From NCBI GenBank assembly GCA_039799905.1, contig JBDLRP010000036.1, positions 64,001 to 128,000 on the forward strand: DNA of 64,000 nucleotides. Reading direction: 5' to 3'. A program made the translations under genes and the position numbers. The notes beneath the pieces are model-generated. The model ran no database searches. It saw only the letters and a list, made by a program, of their open reading frames with translations, and had not been told where the DNA came from. Numbering within the stretch: the first letter of the stretch is position 1; each line of letters opens with the position of its first letter. This DNA is from Pseudomonadota bacterium. GTDB taxonomy: Bacteria > Bdellovibrionota_B > Oligoflexia > Silvanigrellales > Silvanigrellaceae. This document shows, in pieces, positions 59,336-64,000 of this stretch.

Positions 59336-60617
59336 AATCACACAGTTCATAAAGTCATTGGATGGGCGCTTGCCGTCCGAAGACACTGCTGTGGTGGAGC
59401 GCGTGCGCGACATCATCACGCGGGTGCGCAACGGCGGCCGGCAAACTCTTTTGCAGGTGCGGGCGCAGTTTGAAAATGTTCCCGAGTCCTCTCCGTTGAC
59501 CTACACAGCCGCAGAGCTTCGTACACTTGCTGAAAAGTGCCCTGCGGAAACCCGCAAAATTTTGCGCAAATCGATAGAGCGCGTTCGTGAGTACCACACG
59601 ATCCAGCGTGACGAGACCCGCTGGATCGATATTGGTTCGAGCCGATTTGCCTCACGAATCCAGCCGCTCGATTCCGTTGCTTTGTACGTTCCAGGAGGCA
59701 AGGCGTTTTATCCGAGCAGCGTGATTATGTCTGCCGTGCCTGCGCAGGTCGCGGGGGTTGAACGCATTTCAATTTTCACTCCGGCCCGTTCGTTGCAGGA
59801 TCCTGTTTTTGCCGCCACTGTTTGTGAGTTGGATTTGCAGGAAGTTCATGCCGTCGGCGGTGCGCAGGCCGTGGCACTGGCTGCATTTGGTGACGAGCAC
59901 CTGCGCCGCTTCGACAAGATTGTGGGTCCGGGTAACATCTACGTCGCAACCGCCAAGCAGCTTCTTGCCGGACGCATTGGCATCGACGGTTTTGCCGGAC
60001 CTTCGGAAATACTCGTTCTTTCGGACGGCAGTTCGCCAGCCGACTGGATCGCTCTAGACCTGCTGGCACAAGCCGAGCATGACGAGGATGCCAGCGCGGT
60101 ATTGCTGACGACATCGCTCGCTGAAGCAGAAGAAGTTGCCGTCCGGTTGTCCGCACTCGTCGATGATGTGTGCGCCGACCGTGCTGCGATTGCAAAGCGG
60201 AGTCTTGCTCAATGGGGAGCTGTTTGTGTTGTTGGCAGCCGGCAGGAACTGGTGGAGATTGCCAACCTGCTCAATGCAGAGCACCTGCACGTTCAAACGG
60301 CGTGCGCGCTTGAAGATGCCGGCGAAAAATTCTGGTTGCAGTCTTTACGCGGTGCGGGGGCGATCTTTTTGGGCCGTTGGAGTGCCGAAAGCTTTGGAGA
60401 CTATCTGGCAGGACCAAGCCATGTGCTTCCGACGGCCGGCACAGCGCGTTTTGCCTCGCCGCTGGGAGTTTATGATTTCATCCGCCGATCGTCGGTGCTT
60501 GCAATGAGTGCGCAGGATGCCCGCACGCTCGCCGAAGACACCGGACGATTTGCCGATGCCGAGCAGCTCTGGGCACACGCTGCTGCAGCCCGTGTTCGCC
60601 GTGAGGGAGGACAATGA
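59307..60617 (+). CDS. hisD: Histidinol dehydrogenase
   Basis: YVPGG, GGAQAV, GPGNIYV, AGPSE, QAEHD, GDYLAGPSHVLPT. Confidence 0.96.
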   Translation: MIRIHKTADEITQFIKSLDGRLPSEDTAVVERVRDIITRVRNGGRQTLLQVRAQFENVPESSPLTYTAAELRTLAEKCPAETRKILRKSIERVREYHTIQRDETRWIDIGSSRFASRIQPLDSVALYVPGGKAFYPSSVIMSAVPAQVAGVERISIFTPARSLQDPVFAATVCELDLQEVHAVGGAQAVALAAFGDEHLRRFDKIVGPGNIYVATAKQLLAGRIGIDGFAGPSEILVLSDGSSPADWIALDLLAQAEHDEDASAVLLTTSLAEAEEVAVRLSALVDDVCADRAAIAKRSLAQWGAVCVVGSRQELVEIANLLNAEHLHVQTACALEDAGEKFWLQSLRGAGAIFLGRWSAESFGDYLAGPSHVLPTAGTARFASPLGVYDFIRRSSVLAMSAQDARTLAEDTGRFADAEQLWAHAAAARVRREGGQ

Positions 60618-60618
60618 A

Positions 60619-61719
60619 ATGCCAAGAGAACAGAAGACGCTGAATGAATTGTTCCGCGCAGAGGCACTGAGTTTTCCTAAATATGCGCTCAATGAGCCGC
60701 CGGCGCGCACACGTCTTCACCAAAATGAAATGTTGCTGCTGACGCAATCCGAGCGTGAAGAACTCATTGCTGTTCTTGCCCGCAGTGCCGAGAACGGCTT
60801 CGCAATCAACACCTATCCGAGCCTCCAGCCCGAGCGTCTGCTGTCGGCCTTTGCGCGCAGTCTGGATGTGTCTCCCGAAAATATCGAGGTGACAGCTGGT
60901 AGCAGTCAGGCATTGACCCTTCTTGCCGAGTCTCTTTTTGCATCAGGACGCAGGGTTGCCATTACGTCACCGAGTTTTTCGCTCTATGCGCATCTGGCGA
61001 GGCTGTACGGCAGCGAAGTAACACCCATCGAATTGGATGAGAATTTTGAATTCTCGCCGCGCAGCCTTTTCAGCGCACAAGTGCTTGATTCGGATGTGGC
61101 CATCATCTGTTCGCCCAACAATCCGACCGGCACAACCATGTCGTATGAAACGATTCTCGAGTTTGCCGACCAGTTCAAAGGTGTACTTGTCGTAGATGAG
61201 GCGTATTTCGAATTTTTTGCTCCGCAAGGCGGTGTCTCTTGTGTTGGGCTGGCAACGCAAAGAAACAATGTCATCGTGCTGCGCACCATGTCGAAAGCAT
61301 GGGCCGGAGCAGGCCTGCGCGTGGGTGCGATGGTTGCGCATCGTGATGTGATTTCAATCTTCAGCGCACTGAAGCCTCCGTATTCGATTGCGTGGCCTTC
61401 AGAAATAATGGCGGCGTATCTGTTGTCAGAAAAAGTCAAAGAAACTCAATCGCGCGTGCAAACAACGATCGCGCAGGTGGGCGATCTGCAGACTTTGCTC
61501 AAAAGCTTTCCGGCAGTCGAATGTCTTGCCGATTCGAGGGCGAATTTCGTTTTTTTCAGAACGACGCAAGCGGCGCAGCTTGAGGACGCCTTGGTACGCA
61601 AAGGTTTTCTCATTCGTCGCTACACCGGCGGCCGTTTAAACGACTGCGTGCGCATCAGCATGCCGCCGTCCGAACAATTTGAATGTCTTAAAACTTCGTT
61701 GTCAGAGGTATTGTCATGA
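60619..61719 (+). CDS. hisC: Histidinol-phosphate aminotransferase
   Basis: LHQNE, CSPNNPTG, VDEAYFEF, RTMSKAW..AGLRVG. Confidence 0.93.
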   Translation: MPREQKTLNELFRAEALSFPKYALNEPPARTRLHQNEMLLLTQSEREELIAVLARSAENGFAINTYPSLQPERLLSAFARSLDVSPENIEVTAGSSQALTLLAESLFASGRRVAITSPSFSLYAHLARLYGSEVTPIELDENFEFSPRSLFSAQVLDSDVAIICSPNNPTGTTMSYETILEFADQFKGVLVVDEAYFEFFAPQGGVSCVGLATQRNNVIVLRTMSKAWAGAGLRVGAMVAHRDVISIFSALKPPYSIAWPSEIMAAYLLSEKVKETQSRVQTTIAQVGDLQTLLKSFPAVECLADSRANFVFFRTTQAAQLEDALVRKGFLIRRYTGGRLNDCVRISMPPSEQFECLKTSLSEVLS

Positions 61720-62324
61720 CTGGATCAGCAACACGCATTGTTACTCTCGAAAGAAACACCAGCGAGACACAAATCAAAATCCGTCTGGCACTGGAAGGAC
61801 GAGAGGCCGGTTTTCAGACCCGTGTCAGCACCGGCATCGGATTCTTTGATCATATGCTGGAAGCGTTTGCCAAGCACGCTGCGATAGCCCTCGAACTCGA
61901 CTGTCAGGGAGATTTGCACATCGATCAGCACCACACGGTCGAAGATGTTGGCATTGCGCTCGGGCAGGCTGTGGCCAAAGCGCTCGGCGACTGTGCCGGT
62001 ATCGAAAGATTCGCTCTGATGGAATGCCCGTTGGACGAAGCTCTCGCAAAGGTTGTCATTGATGTGTCGGGCCGTCCGTTTCTCTATTACGGCGTGCAGT
62101 TCCGCCGTCCATTCATCGGGCAGCTGGATAGCTCGCTGATCCGCGAGTTCTTTTCCGGTTTTGTTTTGCATGCACGCTGGACACTGCACATCGATGTATT
62201 GCGTGGCGAAAACGACCACCACGTAGCTGAGGCGGTCTTCAAAGCCTTCGCACGTTCGGCACGCGTGGCATGGAAACGCGGCGGAGATGTGGGTATTCCT
62301 TCAACAAAGGGCATGCTTGTATGA
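61716..62324 (+). CDS. hisB: Imidazoleglycerol-phosphate dehydratase
   Basis: TGIGFFDHML, DQHHTVED, NDHHVAEAVFKA, PSTKG. Confidence 0.96.
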   Translation: MTGSATRIVTLERNTSETQIKIRLALEGREAGFQTRVSTGIGFFDHMLEAFAKHAAIALELDCQGDLHIDQHHTVEDVGIALGQAVAKALGDCAGIERFALMECPLDEALAKVVIDVSGRPFLYYGVQFRRPFIGQLDSSLIREFFSGFVLHARWTLHIDVLRGENDHHVAEAVFKAFARSARVAWKRGGDVGIPSTKGMLV

Positions 62325-63091
62325 GCACGGCTGACATTGGCAATACTCCTTTCGAGATATATCCGGCCATCGACCTTCTCGATGGAAAGAGCGTTCGCCT
62401 GCTGCAGGGCAAGCGGCAGAGTGCACACGTGGTGCATGACAATCCGCTCGAGCAGATTCGTCAATACGCCGCTGCGGGAGCGCGGTGGGTGCATGTGGTG
62501 AATTTGAATGCCGCATTCGGAGACAGCGCCGCCGAGCACGAAGGAGCCCGTCAAACAGAGCAGGTCATCAGCCAGCTGGTTGGATCTTCTCGCTTAAAAA
62601 TTCAGATGGGCGGCGGTATCCGTTCGCTCGGGGCGGTTGAAAAGGCGCTTGCCTTGGGCGTCGATCGAATCGTCATTGGAACCTGGGCAACATCTGATTT
62701 TGAGACCGTTATGGCCTGCGTTCGCCGGAATCCCGAACGCTTTGTGATTGGCGTCGACAGTCTGGGCGGGCGAATCGCGATTCGCGGCTGGACCCAGACG
62801 ACTGAGGAAACAACCATCGATTTTGCCCTTCGCCTCAAGAGAGCAGGCGCACTTCGCGTCCTTTTCACTGAAGTGGAGCGCGATGGACTCTTGCAAGGCG
62901 CCGCTGTCGAGGCAAGCGCCGAGCTCGCGGCGATGTCGGGATTGGAAGTGATTGCAAGTGGTGGAGTTGCCGGAATAGATGACGTTCGGGCGTTATCAAA
63001 TTGTCATGGAGTGGCCGGAGTGGTGACAGGAAAAGCAATTGCTGCTGGGAATTTGTCACTTTCAGAAGCACTTTCCATACAAAGACGTTGA
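62321..63091 (+). CDS. hisA: ProFAR isomerase HisA
   Basis: YPAIDL.DGK.VRL.QG, GGGIRS, RDGLLQG, IASGGV. Confidence 0.92.
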   Translation: MSTADIGNTPFEIYPAIDLLDGKSVRLLQGKRQSAHVVHDNPLEQIRQYAAAGARWVHVVNLNAAFGDSAAEHEGARQTEQVISQLVGSSRLKIQMGGGIRSLGAVEKALALGVDRIVIGTWATSDFETVMACVRRNPERFVIGVDSLGGRIAIRGWTQTTEETTIDFALRLKRAGALRVLFTEVERDGLLQGAAVEASAELAAMSGLEVIASGGVAGIDDVRALSNCHGVAGVVTGKAIAAGNLSLSEALSIQRR

Positions 63092-63094
63092 GAT

Positions 63095-63134
63095 TGCCGT
63101 TAGCTGCGGTGGAGTTGTTTCGCAGCTCGCGGCA
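63095..63134. other. Intergenic stem-loop between hisA and purH
   Basis: TGCCG..AGCTGCG pairs with CGCAGCT..CGGCA; no U-tract. Confidence 0.4.
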
Positions 63135-63191
63135 CCGTGATATGCCTCCAGCGGTTTGCCATTATATTGCCCGCCCGAACGAGGTGTCACG

Positions 63192-64000
63192 ATGCAGTCT
63201 CAGGATGTTTCGTCTTCCACGTGGCTTGATAAAGTTCCTGTCAAAAATGTGTTTCTGAGTGTCTCCGACAAAACCGGTCTGCGCGAGTTGGCGCAGTTTT
63301 TGGTGTCGCAGGGTTGCTCGCTTTCGGCAACAGGTTCAACAGCCGAGCAACTTGCGTCATTCGGTTTTCCCGTGCGCTCGGTCGAGTCAATCACCGGATT
63401 CCCCGAGATACTCGGCGGACGCGTAAAGACTCTTCATCCCAAGATCTTCGGTGCGATTCTAGCCAAGCCCAATTCAGATTCCGATGCGCATGATCTTGAA
63501 ATGCACCATATCGAAAAGTTCGATTTGGTTGTTTGCAACCTCTATCCCTTTCAGGAAACCCTGCGGCGGACAGAAGAACTTTCTCAGCTTGTGGAAAATA
63601 TCGACATCGGTGGTGTGAGCCTGCTGCGCGCGGCTGCGAAGAATTTTATCCGCGTCGGCGTGCTCTGCGATCCTCAGGATTACAAATTGTTCATCGAGTC
63701 GGTGCAAAAAAATGCCGGCTCGCTCGCGGGCCAGCTGCGGGTTGAGCTTGCACTGAAAGCGCTCAGTGAAACAGCCACCTATGATGAAGTCATTTCGATT
63801 GCACTGCGCCATAAACTGCACGGAATCACCGGAGTCAGGCTGGGTGCCGGCCCCGTCCAGCGTCAGGCGATGCTCTCGGCGCAGCTGCTGGAAAGCCAGA
63901 TTGCCTACGAATTGGAGCGCGTTAAGCCATTGCGCTACGGCGAAAATCCCCACCAAAAAGCAGCACTCTATCGGACCGACTCGGGGGTTGTTCACCGCGG
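63192..64000 (+). CDS. purH: Bifunctional AICAR transformylase/IMP cyclohydrolase, partial (runs off the right edge)
   Basis: Manual translation from ATG 63192: LSVSDKTGL, GGRVKTLHPKI, VCNLYPF, IDIGGVSLLRAAAKN, LRYGENPHQKA. Absent from the ORF track. Confidence 0.95.
   Translation, partial: MQSQDVSSSTWLDKVPVKNVFLSVSDKTGLRELAQFLVSQGCSLSATGSTAEQLASFGFPVRSVESITGFPEILGGRVKTLHPKIFGAILAKPNSDSDAHDLEMHHIEKFDLVVCNLYPFQETLRRTEELSQLVENIDIGGVSLLRAAAKNFIRVGVLCDPQDYKLFIESVQKNAGSLAGQLRVELALKALSETATYDEVISIALRHKLHGITGVRLGAGPVQRQAMLSAQLLESQIAYELERVKPLRYGENPHQKAALYRTDSGVVHR

Noticed and set aside
63092..63191. Possible ZMP/ZTP riboswitch upstream of purH
   Set aside because: A hairpin exists, but the conserved elements (e.g. 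the 3' CGCCTGGGC pseudoknot segment) are not seen. An Infernal search with the Rfam ZMP-ZTP model would settle it.
1..64000. CRISPR arrays, tRNA/rRNA, IS elements, integrases, prophage
   Set aside because: No spaced repeats, RNA-gene signatures or transposase/integrase motifs recognised by eye; intergenic gaps are short. tRNAscan or Infernal was not run.

Overview
Gene-dense bacterial chromosomal DNA of roughly 50-55% GC (estimated by eye). Gene style (flagellar gene order, GYF_2/PilZ proteins, many long lipoproteins) suggests a Bdellovibrionota/Oligoflexia-like organism; this is inference only. From left to right: a partial RlmM-like methyltransferase missing from the ORF track; hutH with an unusual Ala-Cys-Gly MIO triad; two large, apparently degenerate sulfatase-fold proteins; an SDR, a phosphohexomutase, a lipoprotein, a TraF/PorV-like barrel and an adenosine deaminase. 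Next is a ~23 kb minus-strand flagellar region (flgG-flgA-flgH-flgI-flgJ, then fliL-M-N-O-P-Q-R-flhB-A-F-G-fliA-cheY, a PilZ-like gene, a coiled-coil gene and two OmpA genes), interrupted by an antisense ferritin-like (DUF455)/ATP-grasp fusion gene. A housekeeping run follows (lipase, ABC-F, nucleosidase, TrmJ, ArnT-like). Then comes a divergent lipoprotein pair with an AT-rich spacer: an Ig-like lipoprotein and a lipoprotein with an intact R-S-E ADP-ribosyltransferase toxin domain, each preceded by a sigma-28-like promoter and with no adjacent immunity gene. After that are a Cys-repeat/lysozyme-like lipoprotein, a permuted NlpC/P60 lipoprotein and an ALDH. The window ends with a his operon that has a fused hisZ-hisG, lacks hisH/hisF/hisIE, and runs into purH. 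No rRNA, tRNA, CRISPR or transposase was recognised. The best candidates for undescribed biology are the putatively FliA-controlled ART lipoprotein locus and the DUF455/ATP-grasp fusion.
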